A stretch of DNA of 54,327 nucleotides from an uncultured Clostridia bacterium (GCA_934247855.1 CAKQKA010000001.1:1-54327), one strand, 5' to 3'. Positions 20,237 to 29,651 are shown, counted from the first letter of the stretch. Numbers and translations: made by a program. Notes: a model not told the origin generated them from the sequence alone.

Positions 20237-20948
20237 TATAGAAAAACTGCGCGAAATGATCGTAAAATCAAGCAATATAGTCTTCTTCGGCGGGGCGGGC
20301 GTATCGACCGAAAGCGGTATTCCCGATTTCCGCTCGGTGGACGGGCTTTACTCGCAAAAGTACAAATACCCGCCGGAGGTGATCTTGTCGCACGATTTTT
20401 TCATGCAGCGCACGGAAGACTTTTATAAATTCTATTTCGACAAAATGATTTTTCCCGACGTGAAACCCAACGCAGCACACTTTAAGCTTGCCGAGATGGA
20501 GCAAAAGGGTTATTTAAAGTGCGTCATAACGCAAAATATAGACGGTTTGCACTACATGGCGGGCAGCAAAAACGTTTGCGAATTTCACGGCACGGTACAT
20601 AAAAATCATTGCTTAAAATGCGGAAAAGAGTATAATCTTAGTGAAATGCTGCAAAAATCGGGCGGTGTGCCGAGGTGTGGTTGCGGCGGAATTATTAAAC
20701 CCGACGTAGTGCTTTACGGCGAATCTATCCCGCAGGAAGCGTTTGAAAAATCTATCGAAGCGGTGGAAAATTGCGACTTGCTTATAATCGGCGGCACGAG
20801 TTTGAAAGTGCAGCCCGCGGCAAGTCTCGTAACGCTGACCAACGCAAGAAAAGTGGTCATAAACAAAGATCGACAGGAAATCGAAACTTTTGCCGAACTA
20901 TCGATTAACGAACCTATAGGCGAGGTTTTCAGCAAAATTATACTATGA
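20229..20948 (+). CDS. cobB: NAD-dependent protein deacylase (Sir2 family)
   Basis: GAGVSTESGIPDFRS, QNIDGLH, Zn module CLKCG...CGCGG. GTG start with a GAGGAGG RBS. Confidence 0.9.
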   Translation: MDNIEKLREMIVKSSNIVFFGGAGVSTESGIPDFRSVDGLYSQKYKYPPEVILSHDFFMQRTEDFYKFYFDKMIFPDVKPNAAHFKLAEMEQKGYLKCVITQNIDGLHYMAGSKNVCEFHGTVHKNHCLKCGKEYNLSEMLQKSGGVPRCGCGGIIKPDVVLYGESIPQEAFEKSIEAVENCDLLIIGGTSLKVQPAASLVTLTNARKVVINKDRQEIETFAELSINEPIGEVFSKIIL

Positions 20949-21556
20949 AAATTGATTATGAAAAGCTAAGGGAAGCGCAAGTTTTGCGGCTCGGCAAAGG
21001 CAAAAAATTATTACTGCATGCGTGCTGCGCGCCGTGCAGTACGGCTTGCCTTGAACGACTTGTTCCCGATTTTACTACAACGGTTTTTTTCTATAATCCG
21101 AATATGGATACAGAAGAAGAGTATATAAAACGCGCCGAAGAAGAACGTCGGTTTTTAAAAGAAGCGTATAGCGGCGCGGTGGGGTTTATCGAAGAAGATT
21201 ACGGCAATGCAGATTTTTGCCGCATAGCGGTCGGCGAAGAAAACGCGCCCGAGGGCGGTTCGCGCTGCTTAAAATGTTTTGACCTGCGCCTTAGCCGTAC
21301 GGCGAAATTCGCTGCGGAAAACGCGTTCGATTGCATTACCACAACGCTTACGGTAAGTCCGTATAAAAACGCGCCGTTGCTTAACGAAATAGGCGAGCGC
21401 GTTGCGAAAGAATACGGCGTTGAATGGATATATTGCGATTTTAAAAAGAAGAACGGTTTTTTGCGTTCGACCGAACTTTCCGAAAAATACGGGTTGTACA
21501 GACAAAATTATTGCGGTTGCATATACTCCAAAAACCGCTTGGAAGATGCCGAATAA
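20945..21556 (+). CDS. queH: epoxyqueuosine reductase QueH (DUF208)
   Basis: LLHACCAPCS and YRQNYCGC motifs; 203 aa. Confidence 0.85.
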   Translation: MKIDYEKLREAQVLRLGKGKKLLLHACCAPCSTACLERLVPDFTTTVFFYNPNMDTEEEYIKRAEEERRFLKEAYSGAVGFIEEDYGNADFCRIAVGEENAPEGGSRCLKCFDLRLSRTAKFAAENAFDCITTTLTVSPYKNAPLLNEIGERVAKEYGVEWIYCDFKKKNGFLRSTELSEKYGLYRQNYCGCIYSKNRLEDAE

Positions 21557-21570
21557 GTTTAAAAAAGTGC

Positions 21571-21588
21571 GCTATAAGTCGATTATTG
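21571..21588 (+). repeat. dispersed intergenic motif, copy 6
   Basis: GCTATAAGTCGATTATTG, 15 nt after the queH stop. Confidence 0.85.
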
Positions 21589-21603
21589 CATACTTGGTGA
21601 AAA

Positions 21604-22875
21604 ATGTTACTGATAGATAAAGTAGATAAAAAATCGTACGGGGCAAAAGAGCTCGGGCTTGAAAAGGGCGATTCGATCATAAGTTTTAACGGTTATCCTA
21701 CCGAAGATATACTAGATTATGTGTATTACGACGGGCAGGAAAATTTTACCATGGGCGTTCTTACCAAGGACGGCGAAACCGTAACCGTAGACGTTGATAA
21801 ATACGAGGACGAATCGTTAGGTCTTACTTTTGCCGACGACGGATTGAAGATTAAAACGTGCTATAACGACTGCATTTTTTGTTTCGTAAAACAGATGCCG
21901 TGCGGTATGCGCCCCACGCTGTACGTTAAGGACGACGATTACCGCCAAAGTTTGCTTTACGGTAATTTCGTAACGATGACGAACGTAACGGATGCCGATC
22001 TCGACCGAATTATTCGTTTGCAGTTCTCTCCGCTTTACGTTTCCGTTCAGGCAATGAACGGCGAGGTAAGAAAGAAGATGCTCAACAACCGTTTTGCAGA
22101 TAAGATATGGTATCAATTAAAACGGTTAGAGGAGGGCGGCATTACGGTCAACGCACAGGTCGTTCTGGTAAAAGGCGTGAACGACGGAAAGGAACTCGAT
22201 TATACGATAGATAAGTTATACGAACTTAAAAACGTTGTTTCGGCGGCAGTCGTGCCTTGCGGAATTACCAAATTCCGCGAAGGTTTGTACCCCATAGAGG
22301 ATATCGACCGCGACTATGCACGCTCGGTTATAGAGCAGGTTGAAAGTGCCAATAGCAGGCACGGAGGCTCACTTATTCAACTTGCGGACGAGTTTTTCTT
22401 CAAGGCGGAATTATCTTTGCCGCCCGAAGAATATTACGGCGATTTTCCGCAAATCGAAAACGGCATAGGCATGAGCCTTAAGTTTAAACAAAATGTCGGG
22501 TACCTTGTAGAAACGGCAAAGAAGCCTTTGCTTGCCCCCGGTAAATATCTGACGATCAGCGGCACGAGCATATATAAATTTATGTGCGGAATCGTAAAAA
22601 CGGTGGAAGACTCTTGCCCGAACGTTACGATTAAACTGCTGCCCATAGAAAACGACTTTTTCGGGCATACGGTAAATTGTACCGGGTTGCTTACGGGCGG
22701 AGATATTTTGCGTGCCGTGCAAAAACTCGACGAAAAATTCGACGTTTTGCTTATACCGGATAGTTGCCTTATGCGCGGCGAAGATATCTTTCTTGACGAC
22801 GTTGCTTTAACCGAATTAAGCGAAAAACTCGGTATGAAAGTCGTCCGCGCGGTTATGCCCGACGCCGAAGAATAG
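21604..22875 (+). CDS. PDZ plus radical-SAM-like DUF512 protein
   Basis: N-terminal PDZ-like segment, CYNDCIFC (Cx3Cx2C) cluster; 423 aa. Sits upstream of der, which I recall as a common arrangement in clostridia. Confidence 0.7.
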   Translation: MLLIDKVDKKSYGAKELGLEKGDSIISFNGYPTEDILDYVYYDGQENFTMGVLTKDGETVTVDVDKYEDESLGLTFADDGLKIKTCYNDCIFCFVKQMPCGMRPTLYVKDDDYRQSLLYGNFVTMTNVTDADLDRIIRLQFSPLYVSVQAMNGEVRKKMLNNRFADKIWYQLKRLEEGGITVNAQVVLVKGVNDGKELDYTIDKLYELKNVVSAAVVPCGITKFREGLYPIEDIDRDYARSVIEQVESANSRHGGSLIQLADEFFFKAELSLPPEEYYGDFPQIENGIGMSLKFKQNVGYLVETAKKPLLAPGKYLTISGTSIYKFMCGIVKTVEDSCPNVTIKLLPIENDFFGHTVNCTGLLTGGDILRAVQKLDEKFDVLLIPDSCLMRGEDIFLDDVALTELSEKLGMKVVRAVMPDAEE

Positions 22876-23073
22876 GCTTATTGCAGGAGAGGGGTTTTGT
22901 TGCGAAGAGTTTTCGGCGACGAATTGTCGGGCAAAAAACGAATATTGCCCGATAAAAAGCATAAACAACGGCAGTTAAAGGCATAAAAAACGCCAAGAGG
23001 CGAATTATGCTTGCCAAAATACGATAAAAAGAATAAAATACCAAAAGAAATACGATAATTAAGGAAAGAAATA

Positions 23074-24387
23074 ATGAAACCGATAGTAGCCATAGTCGGC
23101 AGACCTAACGTAGGCAAGTCCACGTTGTTCAATAAAATCACGGGCAAAAAAATTGCCATAGTAGAAGACAAACCCGGTGTAACGCGCGATAGAATTTATG
23201 CCGACGCGGAGTGGTGCGGGCATAATTTTACGCTTATAGATACCGGCGGAATAGAGCTTAAAAGCGAGGACGAAATGTGGCGGCACATTAAAAAGCAGGC
23301 GGAAATCGCCATAGAAACCGCTGACGTAATCCTGCTGCTTTGCGACGTGAAAAGCGAGATTACCGCTTCCGATTACGACGTTGCCGATATGCTCCGCCGC
23401 AGCCGTAAGCCCGTTGTACTTGCGGTAAACAAACTTGATAACTACAAGCCCGAACGCCTTTTCGAATACTACAATTTAGGACTTGGCGAGCCGTTCGGTA
23501 TTTCATGCGAGCAGGCTTTAGGGCTTGGCGATATGCTTGACGAGGTTTGTTCGTATCTCGATAAAGTCGAAGAGGAGGAAACCGAGGGCGAGTCGATCAA
23601 GATTGCCGTCGTCGGTAAGCCTAACGCGGGCAAGAGCAGTCTTGTAAACAAGTTGCTCGGTTACGACAGGACGATTGTTTCCGACATTTCTGGTACTACG
23701 CGTGATGCGATCGATACTCCGTTTACGGTAAACGGGCAGAACTACATTCTTATCGATACCGCGGGTATAAGAAAGAAAAAAGCGGTTGACGAGGACGTTG
23801 AATATTACAGCGTAATACGTGCGCTTGGTGCGGTTCGCCGTGCGGACGTTTGCCTTGTCGTGGTGGACAGCAAAGAGGGACTTTCCGAGCAGGATGTAAA
23901 GATTTGCGGTTATGTACACGAGCAAGGCAAGCCGTCGGTCATCGTTATGAACAAGTGGGATCTTATCGAAAAGGACACGAACACGATCAACGAGTTTAAT
24001 AGAAAACTTGACTGCGACCTTGCATTTATGGATTATTACAAGTCGGTCTACGTTTCGGCGCTCTCCGGTCAGCGAGTTAAAAACATACTGGCAGTCGCAA
24101 TGGAATCGTACGAAAACGCGCACCGCCGTATCACTACGGGTACGCTTAACGATCTTATCGGCGACGCGGTTCGCACCATCGATCCGCCGTCAAAAAAAGG
24201 TAAACGTCTTAAAATTTATTATTCCACGCAGGACGACGTTTGTCCGCCGCGCTTTGTGGTGTTCGTAAACGACAGCGAACTCGTTCATTTCTCTTATAAA
24301 CGCTATCTCGAAAACGTTTTAAGAAAGGCGTTCGATTTCAGCGGAACGCCTATCAGAATTTTGTTCCGCAACCGCGACGAGGATTGA
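23074..24387 (+). CDS. der: ribosome-associated GTPase Der/EngA
   Basis: Two G domains (GRPNVGKST, GKPNAGKSS) plus a KH-like C-terminus; 437 aa. Confidence 0.95.
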   Translation: MKPIVAIVGRPNVGKSTLFNKITGKKIAIVEDKPGVTRDRIYADAEWCGHNFTLIDTGGIELKSEDEMWRHIKKQAEIAIETADVILLLCDVKSEITASDYDVADMLRRSRKPVVLAVNKLDNYKPERLFEYYNLGLGEPFGISCEQALGLGDMLDEVCSYLDKVEEEETEGESIKIAVVGKPNAGKSSLVNKLLGYDRTIVSDISGTTRDAIDTPFTVNGQNYILIDTAGIRKKKAVDEDVEYYSVIRALGAVRRADVCLVVVDSKEGLSEQDVKICGYVHEQGKPSVIVMNKWDLIEKDTNTINEFNRKLDCDLAFMDYYKSVYVSALSGQRVKNILAVAMESYENAHRRITTGTLNDLIGDAVRTIDPPSKKGKRLKIYYSTQDDVCPPRFVVFVNDSELVHFSYKRYLENVLRKAFDFSGTPIRILFRNRDED

Positions 24388-24403
24388 TATAAAACAAAAT
24401 AGG

Positions 24404-24420
24404 GCTATAGGTCGATTATG
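24404..24420 (+). repeat. dispersed intergenic motif, copy 7
   Basis: GCTATAGGTCGATTATG, 17 nt after the der stop, followed by CAAGTTTTC. Confidence 0.85.
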
Positions 24421-24448
24421 CAAGTTTTCGGCATAAACAGAGGTGTAT

Positions 24449-25342
24449 ATGCAGCTATATTTGGCAGATCTTTGGTGGAGCTTTTTATTGCTTGCCGTCG
24501 GAAGCTATCTTATCGGTAGTATCAGTTTTGCAAGAATAATATCCTTCGCAAAAAACAAAGACATAACAAAAATAGGGAGCGGTAACCCGGGGACTATGAA
24601 CATGAGTCGTGAGTTCGGGTTGGGTATAGGTTTGCTTACCTTGTTTTTGGATATGGCAAAAGGGGCTATTCCCGCGCTGGTCGGCGCGCTCGCGTTTAAA
24701 AACATGTATTTCGGCGATTCTCCGCTCGAGGTAGCGGTTACAGCTCAGTACATCGCGGGCTTTTTTGCGGTTGTCGGGCATATATTTCCTGTATATTACA
24801 AATTCAAGGGCGGCAAGGGTATAGCCACTACTATCGGCGTGTTTCTTGTCGGCGAATGGTATATAACGCTCATCTTTGTCGCTATCGCGCTTGCGTATAT
24901 TCTGATAACCGGCATGGGTTCTATGGGCTCGTTCATCGCGACCACCCCTTCCGCTATTGCAGCCGCGCTTCGCTTGTATTCGTTGGGCTTTGCGGGCGAC
25001 GTCAAATTCGATTACGGAATTGCTTTTTTCTCGGTGTCGATGGTGCTGATTTTAGGTATAATCGGTCTGACATGGTACGCGCATAAGAAGAATATTAAAA
25101 AACTACTGGCCGGCGAAGAGCATGAAACAAGCTGGACGGAGATGATCCGCAAGGCGAAAATAAAGCGCAAAATGAAAAAACTCGGTATAGACGGCGGGAC
25201 GCATGGTGAGCCGGACGCTTCGGAAAATGCATCGACGCTTTATAATAACGAAAGCGTTTTTGAAAACACAAACCCGGAAAAAACGGAAAACGAGCACGAT
25301 GAAGACGGCGAAGAAACGGACAATTTTGATGAGCTCGATTAG
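24449..25342 (+). CDS. plsY: glycerol-3-phosphate acyltransferase PlsY with a ~95-aa charged C-terminal tail
   Basis: GSGNPGTMN and GGKG motifs with multi-TM core of ~200 aa, then a K/E/D-rich extension. Confidence 0.9.
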   Translation: MQLYLADLWWSFLLLAVGSYLIGSISFARIISFAKNKDITKIGSGNPGTMNMSREFGLGIGLLTLFLDMAKGAIPALVGALAFKNMYFGDSPLEVAVTAQYIAGFFAVVGHIFPVYYKFKGGKGIATTIGVFLVGEWYITLIFVAIALAYILITGMGSMGSFIATTPSAIAAALRLYSLGFAGDVKFDYGIAFFSVSMVLILGIIGLTWYAHKKNIKKLLAGEEHETSWTEMIRKAKIKRKMKKLGIDGGTHGEPDASENASTLYNNESVFENTNPEKTENEHDEDGEETDNFDELD

Positions 25343-25379
25343 CCACAGGCGACCGAGTCAGAACGCAATCACCTGTGGC
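25342..25379 (+). repeat. stop-codon hairpin element, copy A
   Basis: GCCACAGG (25342-25349) pairs with CCTGTGGC (25372-25379). The 28-nt block GACCGAGTCAGAACGCAATCACCTGTGG (25351-25378) recurs at 52930. Confidence 0.75.
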
Positions 25380-25406
25380 TAAGCGGTTAGAACGTTTGAA
25401 CAGCGT

Positions 25407-25428
25407 GATAAACGACCTATAGGTCGAC
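25407..25428 (-). repeat. dispersed intergenic motif, copy 8 (palindromic variant)
   Basis: + strand reads GATAAACGACCTATAGGTCGAC. It contains the perfect 18-nt palindrome GTCGACCTATAGGTCGAC? No: the palindrome as read is CGACCTATAGGTCG extended to GTCGAC on one side only; followed by TTTTT. Confidence 0.8.
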
Positions 25429-25464
25429 TTTTTAATAAAAATAATCGGCAGGTTTTAACAAGAA

Positions 25465-26319
25465 ATGAATCAAAACGTAAAAATCGGTAACGATATTCTT
25501 CAGGTAGAAATAGCCCCGATGGGCGCGGAATTACAAAGCGTAAAACTTAACGGAAAAGAAAGATTGTGGCAAGGCGATCCGAAATTCTGGACGGGGCGTG
25601 CGCCTATTCTTTTCCCCGTTTGCGGCTCGCTTAAAAATAAGGAATACACTTTTAACGGTAAGAAATACGGCATAAATCAGCACGGTTTTGCCCGCCGTAA
25701 AATGTTTGAGGTCGTAAGCGTAACGGAAACTTCCGCCGCGTTCGCATTAAAAAGCGACGAGGAAACAAAAGCCGTTTACCCGTTTGATTTTACTCTGACT
25801 GCTTGCTATGAAGTGGTCGGTGAAAAACTACGCGTTACATATAAAATTCATAACGACGGCAAGGATGAAATGTGGGCGTTCATCGGCAGCCACGAGGCTT
25901 ACGCCATCGAAAAACCGCTCGATTCTTACGATATCGTTTTTGATAAAGACGAAAAATTCTTGTCGCGCATTGTGGTCGAAGGCGGTCTTGTATCCGCTGA
26001 TTGCGACGATTTCGGCAGCGGAAAAGTTTTGGCGGTTAACGACGAATTGTTCAAACGTTCAACGGCGGTGTTCGTCAGCATAAACTCGCGTAAAATTACT
26101 TTGCGTGAGTGCGGCAGACCGTTTGTGGCTGTAAAATTCGACGCGCAAAACCTGCTCGTCTGGCAGATGCCCGGGGCGAATTACATTTGTTTAGAGCCGT
26201 GGACTAATTATCCCGACGAAACGACTGCCGACGGAAATATTTTGCATAAACCGTGCGTTACGCTTATCGGCGGCGGCAAAACTTACGAAAATGCTCACGA
26301 GATTGAGTTTTTCGACTGA
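25465..26319 (+). CDS. aldose 1-epimerase family protein
   Basis: 284 aa. PILFPVCG...QHGFAR pattern typical of LacX/aldose-epimerase-like proteins. Confidence 0.75.
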   Translation: MNQNVKIGNDILQVEIAPMGAELQSVKLNGKERLWQGDPKFWTGRAPILFPVCGSLKNKEYTFNGKKYGINQHGFARRKMFEVVSVTETSAAFALKSDEETKAVYPFDFTLTACYEVVGEKLRVTYKIHNDGKDEMWAFIGSHEAYAIEKPLDSYDIVFDKDEKFLSRIVVEGGLVSADCDDFGSGKVLAVNDELFKRSTAVFVSINSRKITLRECGRPFVAVKFDAQNLLVWQMPGANYICLEPWTNYPDETTADGNILHKPCVTLIGGGKTYENAHEIEFFD

Positions 26320-26366
26320 TTGTTTTGATTTTTTGTGAAAGTCGGTAAGCCGTTTTTTCGGTCGCG

Positions 26367-26409
26367 CAAGATATAATATTGTGCGCGGAACAAGATATAA
26401 TATTGTGCG
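26367..26409 (+). repeat. 24-nt tandem duplication carrying a TATAAT and an imperfect palindrome
   Basis: CAAGATATAATATTGTGCG at 26367-26385 and again at 26391-26409. Lies directly upstream of the next CDS. Confidence 0.8.
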
Positions 26410-26428
26410 TGGAATAAGGGGGTATAAT

Positions 26429-27226
26429 ATGAATAAATTAAAAGTCGTTGCGGAGTACATATGGACGGTCGTGATGATCGTCGCACTGCTGGTGTTTATC
26501 ATCGGCGTAGCTTTTGCTATTCCCATCTGGTTCCGTCCGTTTTACTATATGCAAATCGGACCGCTCAACATTGTGGAAGAATCGGGTTTTTCTTACGAGC
26601 AGATTCTTGCCGCTTATAACGACGTAATGAATTACCTTAATTTCGGTACGCCGTTCGGTGTGGGCGGGCTTAAATGCTCGGAATCCGCGGCAAGTCATTT
26701 TGCCGACTGTAAAATTCTGTTCGACCTCGATACCTGGGGCGTGATTATTTCCGCGGTATTGCTGCTCGGCGGATTTTTACTTGCTAAGTTTGCGGGTGTA
26801 AAACCCAAAAAACTCGGCGGGTTCGAGTTTTCTTTTTACAGCGGGCTTGTCGGCGCGATAATTCCTCCCGTTGTGGGTATTGCTATTGCCGTCGATTTCG
26901 AAAAGGCGTTCACGCTTTTCCACTCATTGTTTTTCCCGGGAAAAGATAACTGGCGCTTCAACTGGTACACCGATGAAATAATTCGTATTTTGCCCGAAAA
27001 ATTCTTTATGAATTGCGGCATACTTATAATCGCTTTGTGGTTTGCGGCTTGCATTGCGCTTATTGTCCGCGGGGTAATCTGCCGAAGAAAAACAAAAATG
27101 GCGGTTGACGCTTGCGCCGCTTGCGGCAAAAAGAACGATACCGAATGTTTGACATGCGAGGCGGTTAAAGGCGCGGAAAAGTGCGAAATGACCGAAGGTA
27201 ATAATTGCGATAAAACCGAGCCGTGA
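26429..27226 (+). CDS. TIGR01906-like integral membrane protein with a Cys-rich C-terminal tail
   Basis: MNKLKVVAEYIW...; SAASHFADCKILFDL motif, 4-5 TM segments, tail with CAACGKKNDTECLTCE. GGGGG RBS before the ATG at 26429. Confidence 0.7.
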   Translation: MNKLKVVAEYIWTVVMIVALLVFIIGVAFAIPIWFRPFYYMQIGPLNIVEESGFSYEQILAAYNDVMNYLNFGTPFGVGGLKCSESAASHFADCKILFDLDTWGVIISAVLLLGGFLLAKFAGVKPKKLGGFEFSFYSGLVGAIIPPVVGIAIAVDFEKAFTLFHSLFFPGKDNWRFNWYTDEIIRILPEKFFMNCGILIIALWFAACIALIVRGVICRRKTKMAVDACAACGKKNDTECLTCEAVKGAEKCEMTEGNNCDKTEP

Positions 27227-27291
27227 GTAAGCGGTGAATCGGCGCAAAAGTAAAATTATAAATCTTTTATAGCAAACCGAATATTAAAAGG

Positions 27292-27329
27292 CAAGAGCGG
27301 TGGCAGGATTGTTTACCGCCTTGTTTTTT
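27292..27329 (+). terminator. intrinsic terminator
   Basis: CAAGAGCGGT pairs with ACCGCCTTG (one bulge), then TTTTTT. Confidence 0.65.
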
Positions 27330-27359
27330 GTGGGCGGAAATGCCCGGAGTTTTTGCGCA

Positions 27360-27597
27360 AAAAAAAGAGGCGCGAAACGCGCCCCCCGAAATTGCACTAA
27401 AATACCCGCCTGTGCCGTATAGAGTAAATAATAACCCGCTGTTAAAAGCAGGTGGGTGCTTAGCCCAACGAATCTGACTTCCTGTATAACGGATCTGCTC
27501 AAGACAAAAATCCCAGGCGTTGCATATCGTTGCGGACGTCGGCTCCCTTTTTATATTTGTGGATTACATTAGACTCTACCTCGTACACCGCAGGCAC
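27360..27597 (-). ncRNA. stand-alone ~240-nt RNA gene, family not identified
   Basis: Consensus promoter at 27604-27632 (-). Terminator GGCGCGTTTCGCGCC plus an 8-nt U-run (+ coordinates 27359-27383). The 5' end GCCTGCGGTGTA..AGAGT pairs with the 3' ACTCTATACGGCACAGGC. No plausible ORF. Confidence 0.55.
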
Positions 27598-27603
27598 AAC
27601 TAT

Positions 27604-27632
27604 ATTATAGCAAACAACGGCATAATAGGCAA
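27604..27632 (-). promoter_or_regulatory. promoter of the candidate RNA gene
   Basis: Minus strand reads TTGCCT, 17-nt spacer, TATAAT. Confidence 0.6.
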
Positions 27633-27801
27633 CTGTTTTTCAGAAGTTTTTGCGCCCGCAAAACAAGTCGTTTTTTTGGACTTGCGAGTTACCGATTTGC
27701 GGGCTTTAGTATTGTTGATCGGCGGATTTATAAACGGCAATCGCACGAATTAACTTTTTATTATTCAACACGAAATAACTTTTTACTATTCAAGAATAAT
27801 T

Positions 27802-29306
27802 ATGGAAAACGTCAAACAAAAGATAATTAATTTCAGACCGATTGTTCTTGCCGCGGTATTTTTTGCCGCGGGGATTGCTTGCGCGTTCTTTGCTTGCTTT
27901 TCAAGGGGTAATGTTGCAATCGGCATAGCGGTTGTTTTTGGCGTGTTGTCTGCTCTTGTAATTTTTCTTTTCGATGATCGCAAGAAAACGTCGATTTGCG
28001 TTTTGTGTTTCATCGCGATTTTTTTGCTCGGTTTCGGGTATTCGTATTTGAAAATTTATCTGGCGAAGAATGCACCCGTAAAGGAGGGCGAAGTTTCGGC
28101 AACCGCCACGGTAGACAGTGTTTCGGTACTGTATGACGGTGCGTTTCTGCTGTCTTTCCGTAACGTTGAAATCGACGGCGAGCATGCTGCCGACGCTACC
28201 GCTTACGCCTATGGCGAAGATGAACCTGTTGCGGGCGAGCGTTGGCGTTTCGACTGTAACGTAAGGAACTCTTTCACGCCCGAAAAAGTTTATTCAGACG
28301 TGCTTTGCGGCAAGTATTATTTCTTTTCCGACCTTGAAAATATAGAAATCGTCGGCGACGAGGCAACGCTTTCCGAAAAGGCTTTTCGGCTTGCGAAGGC
28401 GGTAATAAAAAGCGGAATGAGCGACAAAAGTTACGGCTTGGCTATCGCTTTAACGCTTGCGATACGTCGCATATTCAGGATCGCGTTTCGGTTTATCGCG
28501 CGGCGGGCATTGCTCACGTTTTCGCCGTTTCGGGGTTACACGTCGGTTTGTTTGTCGCAATGTTTGCGTTTGTCGCAAGCAAACTAAAACTTAAACGGCT
28601 TTCGCGCATGCTGTTTATACTAGTTCCAGCCGCGTTTTATTGTTTCGTGTGCGGGTTTCGCCCGTCGTCCGTCCGTGCGCTCATTATGGCAACGGTTGTA
28701 CTGCTGTCATCCGAAATCGGGTTTAAAAGAGATTTTCTGTCATCCATAGCCATTGCGTTTTTCGTGATACTTTGCATAGAGCCGTTCAATTTATTCAACG
28801 TCGGAACGCAACTTTCTTTCCTTGCCGTTACGGGAATTTGTTCTTTGGCAGCTGTGTTCAAGCGCGGGGCAAAGCCGATAGGAAGGCTTGCCGATCCGCT
28901 TTCGGTAACGCTCTCCGCAACGCTCGGAACATTGCCCGTTTTGGTGGATATGTCGGGCTATATGTCGATTATCTCGGTTTTCGCCAATCTCATATTCGTT
29001 CCGATCCTCGGCATCGCATATCAGTTTACGATGGTTTGCTTGCTCCTCGGTTGCGTGGAATATTTGTTTTTCGGTTCGGCTGCGTTTGCCATGTTCTTGC
29101 CGTCGGTTACTCTCAATTTTATAAGCGATGCCGTCGCGTTTTTCGACTTTGAACTCTTCACAGTTCCGCTATATTTCGGCTTTGCCGCGTTCTTCTATTA
29201 TTTCGGGTTGTTTTTTGTGACTGATTATCTTAATATACCTGTCAGAAAAAGAATAATAGTTGTCGCACTTGCTTTTGCGCTTATGATATTTGTTATGGTT
29301 GTATAG
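27802..29306 (+). pseudogene. comEC: ComEC/Rec2 DNA-uptake channel, frameshifted, no metallo-beta-lactamase domain
   Basis: ORF 27802-28587 is the N-terminal TM region. The hallmark AAGIAHVFAVSGLHVGLFVAM is readable only in the -1 frame that continues as ORF 28548-29306. The frames meet near 28458-28462 (CTTGCGATACG where CTTGGCGATACG, LGDT, would be expected). Confidence 0.75.
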
Positions 29307-29332
29307 TTTATGGTTTTTCTCAAATAAGCCCG

Positions 29333-29351
29333 TCTATAAGTCGATTATCGG
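29333..29351 (+). repeat. dispersed intergenic motif, copy 9
   Basis: TCTATAAGTCGATTATCGG, 27 nt after the comEC stop, followed by TGTTTTGG. Confidence 0.85.
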
Positions 29352-29391
29352 TGTTTTGGGCGAAAAACGACAAAGATTATACAATAAAAAT

Positions 29392-29427
29392 GCCTTGTTC
29401 CGTAAAACTTCGGAGCAAGGCTTTTTT
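29392..29427 (+). terminator. strong intrinsic terminator
   Basis: GCCTTGTTCCG pairs with CGGAGCAAGGC (11 bp), then TTTTTT. An A-run upstream makes it possibly bidirectional. Confidence 0.85.
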
Positions 29428-29560
29428 ATGCTGAAAAACGGTTTGCGTGCGGGCGTAGCGGGGCGTTGAAAAAAATCTGCGGTCCTGAATGGGTAATAAA
29501 ACGATAAACATATATAGATTTTAAAATTGAGTAAATATTCGGTATTAGCGAGGTATTGGC

Positions 29561-29651
29561 ATACGCGAACGCAACGCTGTGTCAGCAAAAACACGGGCGC
29601 AAGAGCGAGGTTGTTTTATTCTTGTTTGGCATAAATGAAAGGGGTGGTAAT
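29561..29651 (+). repeat. partial copy of the 3' part of the 40586-40864 element
   Basis: ATACGCGAACGCAACGCTGTGTCAGCAAAAACACGGGCGCAAGAGCGAGGTTGTTTTATTCTTGTTTGGCAT matches 40792-40864 at roughly 85-90% by eye. Weaker similarity continues ~15 nt further. Confidence 0.8.

Noticed and set aside
27360-27597. Assigning the candidate RNA to SRP RNA, tmRNA or RNase P RNA.
   Set aside because: The signatures I looked for are absent: the SRP domain IV GGAAGCAGC-type motif, a tmRNA tag ORF and acceptor end, and the RNase P GAGGAAAGUCC. A 6S-like or raiA-motif identity is left open, not asserted.
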